A stretch of 57,981 nt of DNA from a virus (taxonomy: Duplodnaviria; Caudoviricetes). The position numbers were made by a program, and so were the translations under genes. This document shows, piece after piece, positions 33,602 to 43,071 of this stretch; position 1 is the first letter of the stretch; each line of letters begins with the position of its first letter. Below the pieces are notes generated by a model. That model ran no database searches, was not told the origin of the DNA, and saw only the letters and a list, made by a program, of their open reading frames with translations. The stretch spans positions 1 through 57,981 of IMG/VR virus record IMGVR_UViG_3300024960_000061; one strand, given 5' to 3'.

Positions 33602-34969
33602 TCAGCGCCCGGCCAGGCGCTCCTTCTTCGCGGCGAGCACCGCGTCGAGGTCGTTGCCCATCTGGCGGGCGATGCGGATCTCCTTCTCGGTGAGCACCAC
33701 CTCGCCGACCTGGGCGCCGGGCGTCCCCGGGATCTCGATCTTCGAGCGCCCGGGCTGCGGGGCGGCGAGGTTCGCCAGCGGCGCGCGCTCGGCGATCATC
33801 GTGCGGAGCTGCTCGGTCGACTGCGACCCGATCCACCCCTCGCCCGCGCGGATCTGCGCGGCCTCGGCCGGCGTCACCTTCATCGTGCGCTCCCCCTCGG
33901 CCACGACGGCCTCGCGGTCGGCCTTCGCCTTCGCCTCCCGCTGGGTCTTCTCCTGCGCCTCGGTGGCGGTGGCGGCGGCGGCGCGCGCCGTCGCGAGCTC
34001 GGCCGAGACGGCCGGCAGGCGCTCGTGGGAGTCCTTCCAGGCGGAGAGGCGCCCGAGGGCCTCCTCGGGGTTGGCGGTGTTCAGCATCCCCAGAACCTTC
34101 TTCGCGAACTCGTCCATGGTCTTCCTCGTGGCGTTGGCCGCGCGCGCGGCGGTGGTCTTCATGCCCAGCGTCGACGCGCGGGCGAGGCATTCAGTGAAGG
34201 TGCAGACGTCGTCGGCCAGGTGCGCCGCGACGGCGTCGGGGCCCCAGAGCACCCCGGCCCCGAGGGCCAGCACCTTGTCGGCGCCGAGCCCGCGACCGGC
34301 GGAGACGAGCTCGGCGAAGGTGCGCGCCATGCGGTCGATGACGGCCTGCTCGCGGGCGACGACGTCGTCAGTGATGGGGAGGTCCGGGTGGCCCTCCGCC
34401 TTGAACGGGCCCGAGCGGATCACGACGACCTTGAGGCCGAGCTCCTCGTTCATCTTCGTGCGGTCGCGCATCACCGACATGGCGCCCACGCTCCCCACCT
34501 GGCCGAGGGGCGGGAGGAAGATGGAGGAGGCCGCGCAGGCGAGCGCGTATCCGCCCGAGAGCGCCATCTCGTCGGCGTAGGCGACCAGCGGCTTGCCCGC
34601 TCGCGCCGCCGCCTCGCGCATCGTGCGCACCGCCTCGAAGCACCCCGCCTGCTCGCCCCCGGGGCTGTTGATCTTCAGCACCACCGCAGTGGTGCGCACG
34701 TCGGAGAGCGCGGCGCACACCTGGTCGGCGATGGCGTCGTAGCCCGGGTAGTAGTAGCCGCCGCGCTGCATGAGCGGGCCCTCGACGCTGACCACGGCCA
34801 CGTCGCCCACCATGCCGTAGGGCAGCGGGCACCCGTCGGCGCTGCGGGCGAGCGGTACGCGCGCGACCCAGCGGTCGAGCGACTCGAGGGAGTGGAGCAG
34901 CGCCGGGCCGCCGGTCTCGAAGGCGCGCAGTTCGGCGGGCGCAGTGGTGGGGATCGCGGGGTTGTTCAT
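33602..34969 (-). CDS. S49-family prohead protease with scaffold tail
   Basis: INSPGG, ALSGGYALA, VGSVG motifs; coiled-coil C-terminus. Confidence 0.9.
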   Translation of the reverse strand: MNNPAIPTTAPAELRAFETGGPALLHSLESLDRWVARVPLARSADGCPLPYGMVGDVAVVSVEGPLMQRGGYYYPGYDAIADQVCAALSDVRTTAVVLKINSPGGEQAGCFEAVRTMREAAARAGKPLVAYADEMALSGGYALACAASSIFLPPLGQVGSVGAMSVMRDRTKMNEELGLKVVVIRSGPFKAEGHPDLPITDDVVAREQAVIDRMARTFAELVSAGRGLGADKVLALGAGVLWGPDAVAAHLADDVCTFTECLARASTLGMKTTAARAANATRKTMDEFAKKVLGMLNTANPEEALGRLSAWKDSHERLPAVSAELATARAAAATATEAQEKTQREAKAKADREAVVAEGERTMKVTPAEAAQIRAGEGWIGSQSTEQLRTMIAERAPLANLAAPQPGRSKIEIPGTPGAQVGEVVLTEKEIRIARQMGNDLDAVLAAKKERLAGR

Positions 34970-36426
34970 GCGGCCATCCGGTAGCGCTGGCGGTGGAGGA
35001 AGCGGCGGGCGCTCGCGTGGGCGGCGCGCACCTCGGGGAGCTCGTCGTCGGCCTCGTCGCTGGCGCCCTCGTCGGGCGTCGGGGGCGCCGCGGCGACCAC
35101 GCGGAGGCGCACGCCGTACTCCTCGGCCACCGCGTCGACGTCGACCTCGCGGGTGCGGTCGGTGAACTTCCCGAGCGCGTCCTGCCAGGCGCTGACCATG
35201 CCAGCGGCGGCAGTCTGCGTCTCGGCGCGTCGGGCGAGGTCCTCGGGCGGCGTCGGGTCGTAGACGGCCCACGGGGCAAGGTCCGCGTCGCCGTAGTTCC
35301 ACAGAGCCCAGAGGCGCAGCACCTGGTCGTAGAACGCCGTCGCGAGCAGGTAGGCGTCCGCCTCGCGGAGGTCCTGCTTCACCCCGATGCCGGTCTGCGC
35401 CGAGGCCTTCGCGCCCACCGAGGCGTTCTCGGTGGAGAGGTTGGAGCCCTCGATCGCGATGGAGACGTCGCCGTCCTGGCGCTCGATCAGGGTCTTGAAC
35501 CCCTCGTGCGCGGGGTCCTTCGGCTCGATGAGGTTGACCTTGTAGCTGGCCTTCCCGTCGTCGCCCTGGGGGCTGACGATGGTGGTGTCCGTCGCGAGGT
35601 CGCGCATCTGGTCGAACCAGACCTGCGTGTCGTCGCTCTCCGCCTTCGAGTCGGGGACCTGCAGCTCGACGATCGGGAGGCCGTGCTTCTCCGACCAGCG
35701 GTTCCAGTCGCGCAGCGCCGCGGCGCGGGCCTCGCCGACGAGGCCGAGGCAGCGCAGCACGCCTCGCATCCATGGCCGCGAGCGGGCGGCGCTGAAGAGC
35801 ACCCAGCGGCCATCGCCAGGCACCACCTCCACCTCGCCCTGCGCGGTGAGGGCGATGAAGCACTGGCGCTCCCAGTCGTAGCGGAGGTTGGTCGGGTGCC
35901 AGACCGTGAGGCGCGGGATCCATCGCCCGCGGCCGAGGACGACGTTCACCACGCAGAGGCAGAACCCCATGGTGACCAGCCCGCGCAGGACCTCGCTGGT
36001 GGTCTCCTCTCCGGCGATGGTGGGCCAGTCGGCCTCCAGCGCCTTCGCGGCGGCGCCGACGCGCTGCTTGTGCCCCAGGCCGGGCAGGATGGTGAACGGC
36101 GAGCCCACCACCCCGAGGCAGCGGTTGTTGAGCGCACCGTGGATGCGCGGGTTTCGGTCGAGCGCGTCGGCGAGCAGCGCACTCGCCTGGAACTCGCCCG
36201 CCTCGTGGGCGCTGATGATGCGCTTGACCGTCTCGAAGGTGCGGTCCCAGGCGGCGGTGCCCGGGCGCAGCTGGTCGGTCTTCTTCTTCGCCTCGCCGAG
36301 GCGATGCACCACGATCGTCGGCGCGTCGGCGGCCGGGAGCCTCGGCCGCGCCAGACGCGACGCGGCCTTCGCGAACCGGGCGGCGACGCCGCGGAGGTAG
36401 GAGTAGGCGCGGGCGATGGGGTTCAT
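34966..36426 (-). CDS. Portal protein (DUF935 / Mu gp29-like)
   Basis: Between terL and the protease; GVLRCL, W..WSEKHGLP, ISIAI.G.NL.TE, L..WNYG. Confidence 0.8.
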   Translation of the reverse strand: MNPIARAYSYLRGVAARFAKAASRLARPRLPAADAPTIVVHRLGEAKKKTDQLRPGTAAWDRTFETVKRIISAHEAGEFQASALLADALDRNPRIHGALNNRCLGVVGSPFTILPGLGHKQRVGAAAKALEADWPTIAGEETTSEVLRGLVTMGFCLCVVNVVLGRGRWIPRLTVWHPTNLRYDWERQCFIALTAQGEVEVVPGDGRWVLFSAARSRPWMRGVLRCLGLVGEARAAALRDWNRWSEKHGLPIVELQVPDSKAESDDTQVWFDQMRDLATDTTIVSPQGDDGKASYKVNLIEPKDPAHEGFKTLIERQDGDVSIAIEGSNLSTENASVGAKASAQTGIGVKQDLREADAYLLATAFYDQVLRLWALWNYGDADLAPWAVYDPTPPEDLARRAETQTAAAGMVSAWQDALGKFTDRTREVDVDAVAEEYGVRLRVVAAAPPTPDEGASDEADDELPEVRAAHASARRFLHRQRYRMAA

Positions 36427-38042
36427 GTGCGGGGAGCGAGGAGGCCGCGGGCGCTCGCGACGAGCTTGCGCACCGCCTCCTGGGAGATGGCGGGCGTGGT
36501 GCCCTGGAGCATCAGCTCGGTGAGCCCGAGCGAGAGCGCGTCGATGGAGCCCGGGGAGACCCGCGACGTCGCGTAGTCGTGGTGGGTCATCGTGTGCTCG
36601 AGGGCCGCAAAGCCGGGGCCCACGTGAGAGACGAGGCTCGCGCGGCCGGTGAGAGGCTCGCCGTACAGCTCGCGCACCGTCTCGGCGCGGCCCCGCTTGT
36701 CGCCGCGGGCGCCCACCTTCACCAGGCGCACGAGGATGCGCTCGGGCTCGTGCTGGCGGCCCGTGGCGCGGCTCTTGTCGAGGGCCTCCTGGAGAAGCCA
36801 TCCGATGATGGCCTCCTCGATGAGCGCGCCGCCGCCGTCCGACTCCGCGCAGATGCTGTGGGCCTTGTGCTTGCGGTAGCTCGCCACCGCACGCCCGACC
36901 CAGCCCTTCACGCCCGCGTGTGCGCTCGCGTCGTCGAGCACGTAGCCGCGGCCGTCGGCGCCGCGGGCGATGGTCACGACGCCCGCGTCGTCGGCCTTCG
37001 CCGCGCGGGCCTCGTCGCTCTGGTTGGGGTCGACGTAGACCTCGCAGCGGGAGAGCGAGGGCGCCACCGGCACGCGCCAGGGGACGATGTGGTCCCAGGT
37101 CCAGAGCGCGCCGTCGACGCTCCGCCGGGGCTTGCCCTGGAGCATCGCCTCGGCCTCGGCCTCGGGGGTGTTGCAGAGGTGCTCCTTCGCGCCCTCCAGG
37201 GTCCAGCCGAAGGAGCGGCCGTCGGGTAGCTCGCGCCGGGGGTTGAGGACGTGGGTCGCGGTCGCGTAGGGGCGCGGGGACGGGACGAGCTTCCCGCGCC
37301 CGTCGAGCTCGCCGAGCATCGGGAGGTTGATGACCTCCCAGCCGGCGCCAAACGCGCCCGCCTCGATCTCCCCGATGAGGTCCGGGTCGCACCAGCGGGT
37401 GTGGATGGCCAGCAGGCTCATGCCCTCCTGCCCGCGCTGGAGGATCACCGAGCTCATGTGCGAGCGGACCGACCGCCGCGTCGCCTCGGAGAGCGCCGCC
37501 TCGCGGTTCTTGTAAGGGTCATCAATGACCCCGAGCGCCGCGGGCTGGCCCGAGCCGGGACCATCGACGGAGGTGAACAGGCACCCTCCGCCGGCGGAAG
37601 TCCGCCACATGCTGAGGTTCTGCCGGTCGGCGGCGAGGTCGACGCCGGCGGCGCGGGCGATGGCGCGGCACCGGTGCGATTTGTCGTTGGTCTGCTCCTT
37701 CTGGTAGGTCGAGTAGATGACCGGCCAGGTCGGGTGCTGGCCGAGGATCTGCGCGATGCCGTGGAGTACCAGCTCGGTCTTGCCGTGCTGGGTCGGGACC
37801 GAGATGCAGGCGCGCACCCGCTCGCCGCGGCGGATGCGGTCGAAGAGGTCCGCGACCTGCGCGAGATGCTCCGGCGAGAGGAAGCCTGGAGAGACTCGCG
37901 GGACGTACTCCAGCAGCGTCTCCGAGGCCTTCTCCTCCGCCTCGAGCCGGCGGAGCCTCTCCTCCTTCAGCGCGCGGAGCTCAGCCGCCGCGATCGCGTC
38001 GGCGCTGCTCGGCCGCGGCGAGGCGAGCGTCGAGTTCCTCAT
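36423..38042 (-). CDS. terL: Terminase large subunit
   Basis: Walker A PTQHGKT, IDDPYK, HTRW..DL, C-terminal RNase-H-type domain. Confidence 0.9.
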   Translation of the reverse strand: MRNSTLASPRPSSADAIAAAELRALKEERLRRLEAEEKASETLLEYVPRVSPGFLSPEHLAQVADLFDRIRRGERVRACISVPTQHGKTELVLHGIAQILGQHPTWPVIYSTYQKEQTNDKSHRCRAIARAAGVDLAADRQNLSMWRTSAGGGCLFTSVDGPGSGQPAALGVIDDPYKNREAALSEATRRSVRSHMSSVILQRGQEGMSLLAIHTRWCDPDLIGEIEAGAFGAGWEVINLPMLGELDGRGKLVPSPRPYATATHVLNPRRELPDGRSFGWTLEGAKEHLCNTPEAEAEAMLQGKPRRSVDGALWTWDHIVPWRVPVAPSLSRCEVYVDPNQSDEARAAKADDAGVVTIARGADGRGYVLDDASAHAGVKGWVGRAVASYRKHKAHSICAESDGGGALIEEAIIGWLLQEALDKSRATGRQHEPERILVRLVKVGARGDKRGRAETVRELYGEPLTGRASLVSHVGPGFAALEHTMTHHDYATSRVSPGSIDALSLGLTELMLQGTTPAISQEAVRKLVASARGLLAPRT

Positions 38043-38562
38043 TGGTCAGCGCCCCGATGGGCTTCCCGTCGCTGGTGACGTCGTGGCGCTCGGCGGGCAG
38101 CGTGCCGTCGGCGCGCATCTCGGCGACCCGAGCCTCCGCGCGGAGCTTCCGCAGATGTACCCGCCGGAGCGGAGCCTCCGCGCGGAACTTCAACAACGAC
38201 TCGGCCGCCCGCCAGTCGCCCGGGACGCCCTTCGTCTCCGGCTGGCCGCCCTTCGCGGCCTGGGGCTTCACGCCCTCCGCCGCGCGGCGGATGTACCCGA
38301 CCAGCGCGACGTCGCTCTCTGCCACGGCTTGGTCGACGGCCTTCGCGAGCTCGGCGAAGCGCTCGTCGGCGGCCTTCTCCTCCTCCTCGGTCGCGTCGCC
38401 GGCCCGGACCCGCAGCGCGAAGCGCCCGGCCCGGAGCCACTTGCAGAAGCACGACCACTGCACGCCGGCGAACCCGACGGCCTGCCGGAGCGAGCTGCCC
38501 GCCTTCAGCGCGGCAACGATGCGGGCGCGATCCTCGTCGGTGTAGGTCAGCGGCGGGGCCAT
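37981..38562 (-). CDS. terS: Terminase small subunit
   Basis: N-terminal HTH, DWRAA..LL, HDVTSDGKPI tail; directly upstream of terL. Confidence 0.75.
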   Translation of the reverse strand: MAPPLTYTDEDRARIVAALKAGSSLRQAVGFAGVQWSCFCKWLRAGRFALRVRAGDATEEEEKAADERFAELAKAVDQAVAESDVALVGYIRRAAEGVKPQAAKGGQPETKGVPGDWRAAESLLKFRAEAPLRRVHLRKLRAEARVAEMRADGTLPAERHDVTSDGKPIGALTNEELDARLAAAEQRRRDRGG

Positions 38563-39245
38563 CAGGCGGCGACATTCCAGAAGAGCGCGCCGGGGCGCGA
38601 GCGCACGAAGCGCCAGACCTTGGCGTCGTAGTTCCCGCACGAGGGGAAGGGCGGGGGCTCGGCGGCGTCCTGCTCGTAGCGCTCGAGGGCGACGTGGAGG
38701 GTGGCGCGCCCGACGTTCGGCGGCTTCCCGACGCGCACCGCATGGACCTCGGCGGACGGCCACGCATCGGCCAGCGCCCGCGCGAGCGTCCCGCTGCCGG
38801 CGGCGCACCACACCTCGCGGGGGGCGAGGCCGATCGAGCGGGCCGCAGCGACGAGGGCGTCGTGCGCCTCGTCGTTGTCGAAGCCGAAGGGCACGAGGGC
38901 GGCGCCGACGCGCCGTGCGTACTCCCGAGCCCGGGCCTGCACCACCACCAGGTGCCCGGGGGTGACCTGCACGACCTTCGCCCCGGCCCGGTGGGCGCGG
39001 AGCGTCCGCTCGTGAGGTTCGTTCCGCTTCGCCACGAACACCGTCGCCCGGGCGCCCGCCTCCGCCGCAGCGTGGGCCAGCGCGATCTGCGCGTAGCCCT
39101 GCGCGGGCGACGCGTATACGAACTCCGCGGCGGCGCGGGCCCGGAGGAGCTTCTCGGCGACGCGCTGCTTCGAGCCGCCAGGGAGGAGGTCGTCCCGCAC
39201 CACCAGCACGCCGTCGTGCTCGCGCACGACCGGCCGCGGGATCAG
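38562..39245 (-). CDS. PLP-dependent enzyme (fold type II / PALP family)
   Basis: VRDDLLPGGSKQR (PLP lysine), GSGT, YDAK.W; start uncertain (CTG 39245 overlapping the MTase stop, or GTG 39227). Confidence 0.8.
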   Translation of the reverse strand: MIPRPVVREHDGVLVVRDDLLPGGSKQRVAEKLLRARAAAEFVYASPAQGYAQIALAHAAAEAGARATVFVAKRNEPHERTLRAHRAGAKVVQVTPGHLVVVQARAREYARRVGAALVPFGFDNDEAHDALVAAARSIGLAPREVWCAAGSGTLARALADAWPSAEVHAVRVGKPPNVGRATLHVALERYEQDAAEPPPFPSCGNYDAKVWRFVRSRPGALFWNVAA

Positions 39246-40876
39246 GCGAGCACCTCGCCGAACTCGGAGGCGGGGTCGCCGACGCCGGTGGGCGCGTCGC
39301 CGGGCCCGAGCAGCTCGTCGGCGTCGATCGGGCCGCACGCCTCGGTCGCGCGCTTCGGGTCGCCCTTCACGAACACGAGCACGTTCTGGTGTGCCTTGCC
39401 GAGCTTCCGCGCCGCGAGGAACGCCCGCGGCGCTCGGATCGCGAGGGACGCAGCCTGGGTGACCAGCACGGCCTCGTTGTAGAGCGCGCAGCCGGCGGCC
39501 TCGAAGGCCTCGACCGTGACGCTGGGGAACTTGCGGTAGCGCCCCTTGGCGTCTCGCAGGTCGCCGACGACGAAGCACGCGAAACGGTCGGGGCGGAGCC
39601 GCGCCACCGCGTGGGCGATGATCTCCCGGTAGGCCGCGCAGAACGCCGGCCACTCCATCGTCGAGAGATCGTTCGGGTCGTCGGAGTAGCGTTCGAGGTC
39701 CGCGTACGGCGGGCACGAGAACACGAGGTCGAAGGCCTCGCCCGCAGGGAGCAGCGCGGGCAGCCGGCGGGAGTCGCCGACGATCCACCGCGGGGCGGCC
39801 TCGAGCGTCGCGGCAGCGGCCTGGGCCTCGTTCGCGGCGACCTGCTCGGCGCGGAGCTCGACGCCCGTGTACGCGCGCCCGAGCCAACCCGCGACGAGCC
39901 CGCGAACGGAGCCGCCCGCGAAGGGGTCGAGCACCGCGGCGCCCGGGGCACTGAACCAGCGGTAGGCCGCCTCGGCGAGCACCGGGTCGAAGATCGACGT
40001 GCCGTGCTGCGCGGCGAGCTCGGCGTGGTCGCGCAGGAACTCCTCCCACGGCAGCGGGCGCCCGAGGCGCGCCTCGACCGCGTTCTTCGCCGCGTACATC
40101 TGCGGCGACTGCGCGCTGTTGGAGTAGACGAGCCCGTCCTGCGTGCGGTCGCCCTCGTTGCCGCGCCCGAGCTCGCTCTCGATGCCACGCGCGATCCACG
40201 CGCGCTTGCGCTCCTGCCAGTAGCCCTGCCGGGCGTCGAGCACCGTGAAGGGCGGGATGCCGAACCGCTCGGCCAGCGTCGCCGGTCGGGCCGCGGGGTC
40301 GCGCGAGCCGGCCGCTCCATCGGCGGCAGGGTCTCCCGGCGAGCCGGAGGCGCCCTCGTCGGCGCCGTCGAGGATCGCGTCGCCCGCGCCCTGCACGAGG
40401 GCGTCGAGCGCGGCGTCGTCGAAGCCGATGTCGGCGAGCAACTCGGTCCCGCGGCCGAAGGTCGAGAGCATCTCCAACACGCGCACCGAGTCGTCGACGC
40501 CCTGGAGCGCCTTCGCGTTGTCGGCGACGGTCATCGCGTCCGCCTCGGCGTCGCCCACGTCGACCAGGCGCACCGGGACCATGCCGGGGCCCGGAGCCTC
40601 CGGGTCGAAGAGGTGCTCGGCGCCGCCGCGCGGCTCGCCGTCGACGACGAGGCCCGCGAGGATCGCCTGCGCGGCCTCGAGGCGGCCGTGCCCGCCGATG
40701 ATCCGGCGCGAGCGGCGCTGCGCCACGATGGGCGCGCCCCACGCGGTGCGGAGGATCGTGCGGGCGAGGCGCATCACCTCGTCGCCGTGCATCCTCGGGT
40801 TGCGCGGGTTGGGGCGCAGCTCGGAGACGTGCACGTAGATCGCGGCGGGCGCGGGCTGAGGGAGCGTGGTGTCCAT
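39242..40876 (-). CDS. ParB-like domain plus amino-DNA-methyltransferase-fold fusion
   Basis: PNPRNPR.H, IIGGHGR, ADN (ParB); DPFAGGS motif I; FSCPPY motif IV. Confidence 0.85.
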   Translation of the reverse strand: MDTTLPQPAPAAIYVHVSELRPNPRNPRMHGDEVMRLARTILRTAWGAPIVAQRRSRRIIGGHGRLEAAQAILAGLVVDGEPRGGAEHLFDPEAPGPGMVPVRLVDVGDAEADAMTVADNAKALQGVDDSVRVLEMLSTFGRGTELLADIGFDDAALDALVQGAGDAILDGADEGASGSPGDPAADGAAGSRDPAARPATLAERFGIPPFTVLDARQGYWQERKRAWIARGIESELGRGNEGDRTQDGLVYSNSAQSPQMYAAKNAVEARLGRPLPWEEFLRDHAELAAQHGTSIFDPVLAEAAYRWFSAPGAAVLDPFAGGSVRGLVAGWLGRAYTGVELRAEQVAANEAQAAAATLEAAPRWIVGDSRRLPALLPAGEAFDLVFSCPPYADLERYSDDPNDLSTMEWPAFCAAYREIIAHAVARLRPDRFACFVVGDLRDAKGRYRKFPSVTVEAFEAAGCALYNEAVLVTQAASLAIRAPRAFLAARKLGKAHQNVLVFVKGDPKRATEACGPIDADELLGPGDAPTGVGDPASEFGEVLA

Positions 40877-40896
40877 CGGGGAGGGGAGGGGAGGGT

Positions 40897-41373
40897 TCAA
40901 CTCGGGTCGGAGGCGTCGGGCTCGTGCTGCGCCACGAGGGCGTCGCCCAGGCGGCGCGCGGTGACGAGGTAGCGCTCGCCGCCGAGGATGCGGTGGAGGT
41001 CCAGCAGCGCGGCGATGTCGAGCGAGAGCGGCGCGCCCGCGGAGCGGTGGCGCATATGCTCGCGCAGCCGCTCGATCTCCCGCGTGGCGCTCCCCAGATC
41101 CTCGTCGCGCTCGCGCAGGAGCACGGCCACCTCGTCGCGCTGGCCTTCGACCGCGGTGAGCTTCGACTCGACCTCGCGCACCCGGAAGCGCCCGCCTTCG
41201 AGGTCGCGACCGAGCTGCTCGGCGCGCGCGTTCGCAGCAGCGAGGGCGGCTTCGCGGGCCTCGAGGTCGGCGGTGAGCTCCCCCACACGGGCGGCCAGCG
41301 AGGCGTTGGCCTGCTCGAGCTCGACGAGGGGATTCGTGTCAGGGAGCTTCGTGGTGGGGTCGGTCTTCGCCAT
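40897..41373 (-). CDS. Coiled-coil hypothetical protein
   Basis: GGAG RBS; heptad-rich ORF. Confidence 0.65.
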   Translation of the reverse strand: MAKTDPTTKLPDTNPLVELEQANASLAARVGELTADLEAREAALAAANARAEQLGRDLEGGRFRVREVESKLTAVEGQRDEVAVLLRERDEDLGSATREIERLREHMRHRSAGAPLSLDIAALLDLHRILGGERYLVTARRLGDALVAQHEPDASDPS

Positions 41374-41436
41374 GGTGTTCTCCGGTCAATCGGCGAAAAG
41401 GCGGGCATCTCGCCCCGCGCGTGAGAGCGTCGGGGG

Positions 41437-41709
41437 ATGAAGCATCTCGCTCGCGTCGCAGACCCGTCACAGGCCGTCGTCTTTATCCACGTCTTCGACC
41501 GGGCGACCGGTGGGTGGGACGTGCAGCAGCGTTACTTCCGCCGCATCCCGATCGCGGGCGAGTACTTCGCGTTTGACGGACACGGTGGATGGTTCGAGGT
41601 CCGGTACGTCGTCCACTGCCCGTTCCCAGAGGCCGACTGCGACGCTGAGATCTACGGGATCGCGGCGGATGCCAGTGCCGTCCAACGGACGATTACGCGC
41701 GCGGACTAA
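41437..41709 (+). CDS. Hypothetical protein
   Basis: Non-repetitive ORF, RIPIAGEY...WFEVRYVVH. Confidence 0.6.
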   Translation: MKHLARVADPSQAVVFIHVFDRATGGWDVQQRYFRRIPIAGEYFAFDGHGGWFEVRYVVHCPFPEADCDAEIYGIAADASAVQRTITRAD

Positions 41710-41755
41710 GCTCTACGAGGCGGCCAGGAAGCGTGGCAAAACGTTTGAGCGCGAG

Positions 41756-42079
41756 TTAGGCAGCGCAGGCAGGTAGCCGCCCGTGGATGAGGTCGTCGTA
41801 GTCGCCCCGGTGCAGGAGCTTCGTCGGGCGGCCGCGCCGGCTCTTCACCTCGCGCACCCGGCACCAGCCCTCCCGCTCAGCGGCGGCGATGAAGGCCCGC
41901 GCGCGACGCAACGAACCGCCTCGCACGCCCATCAGGGCGCGGGCAGTCATCCAGGCCGCGTCGTCGTGCGAGAGGGCGGAGGTCACCGTGGAGGGGCTGC
42001 GGGCGCACGAATGCCGTTGGCACCCCCATGCGGCGTGGCAGTTATGGCCGAGGATGTACGGGGCGGAGCTCCCCGTCAA
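41756..42079 (-). CDS. Hypothetical protein (possible wHTH)
   Basis: Coupled to the upstream stop; basic RRGRPTKL. Confidence 0.45.
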   Translation of the reverse strand: MTGSSAPYILGHNCHAAWGCQRHSCARSPSTVTSALSHDDAAWMTARALMGVRGGSLRRARAFIAAAEREGWCRVREVKSRRGRPTKLLHRGDYDDLIHGRLPACAA

Positions 42080-43071
42080 GCCCAGGGAACATTGACGGTC
42101 TTGACGCCTTGGACGGACACCACGGTTTCGGAGTACCCGTCGCGCGAGCGCTTTCGGATCTCACCGTCAAAAACCGTGACCCCTTCCAAGAGGTCCGCCG
42201 CGAAGAGAGCCTCCCGGAGGTTCGCGCTCGCCAGGAACTGCTTCGCGTCGTCCTTCCATCGGAGAAGGTCCTGCGCTTGGCGTTCGATCTCCCCGAGCTT
42301 CTCTCGGAGACTACGCGCGCGCTGCGCACTCGGCCGTTTCGTCTCCCACGTCCTCACCGCCGCCCAAGCGTCGTCGATCGTCTCCGAAGCGCTCGCGTAG
42401 GGCCCGGCCGTGGTCATCTTCCCGTCGAAAAGCCCCAGCCCAACGATCGTCGAACGAAGCACCCGCCCAGGAGCATCCCGCCCGATGAGGAAGCCTCGAT
42501 CATTGACGTAGACCGCGCCGCGCTCGGCGAGAGAATCGTCGCCACCGAGCCGAGCGCGCATCCGACGGGCTAGTTTCGAGAACTCCGACCCCTCGATCGC
42601 ACGTCGGAACGCTAGGAGCGGCGCGGCCTCCCGTTCGACCCTGGCGATCAGGGCCGGAAGCTCTCGCACAAGCCGCTCCACCACCGCCTGGTACTGCTGG
42701 TAGTCCCGCGCCTGCGACCTACGTTGGCGGAGCGCCACGAACCCTTCCACCAGATCCGCGCCGCATTTCAGCCCAAGGCAAACAACAACGCCGCAGTGCG
42801 TCCGGACCACCAAGCCTTCCTGATGAGGGTGGTTCCGGTTGCTGCATGGGACGTTGACACCGAAATTGTAGAACGCGAGGAGGTTGTCGACGCGAGCGCG
42901 GTGCCGGACCTCCTGCTCGCGAACAAGTCCCGGAAACGCATCGAGTTCATCCGACGTTTCCAGTTCACGCACGTCCTCGAGTTCGACACCGACCAATCCC
43001 GACTCGATGACCGTGTTGCAGGCCGAACAGAACGGATACGCCGTCGACGTTTCATTCTGACCCTTCGTCAT
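42076..43071 (-). CDS. Hypothetical protein with Cys/His metal-binding motif
   Basis: ATGA-coupled; PCS...H..GLVV.T.CG....LG.KCG; lower GC than neighbours. Confidence 0.65.
   Translation of the reverse strand: MTKGQNETSTAYPFCSACNTVIESGLVGVELEDVRELETSDELDAFPGLVREQEVRHRARVDNLLAFYNFGVNVPCSNRNHPHQEGLVVRTHCGVVVCLGLKCGADLVEGFVALRQRRSQARDYQQYQAVVERLVRELPALIARVEREAAPLLAFRRAIEGSEFSKLARRMRARLGGDDSLAERGAVYVNDRGFLIGRDAPGRVLRSTIVGLGLFDGKMTTAGPYASASETIDDAWAAVRTWETKRPSAQRARSLREKLGEIERQAQDLLRWKDDAKQFLASANLREALFAADLLEGVTVFDGEIRKRSRDGYSETVVSVQGVKTVNVPWA

Noticed and set aside
9233-41408. Many long Arg/Gly/Pro-rich ORFs (e.g. 30961-32877, 32586-34580, 34993-36576, 5' part of 38562-41408)
   Set aside because: Shadow frames of high-GC phage genes; no motifs, and they overlap well-supported CDSs.
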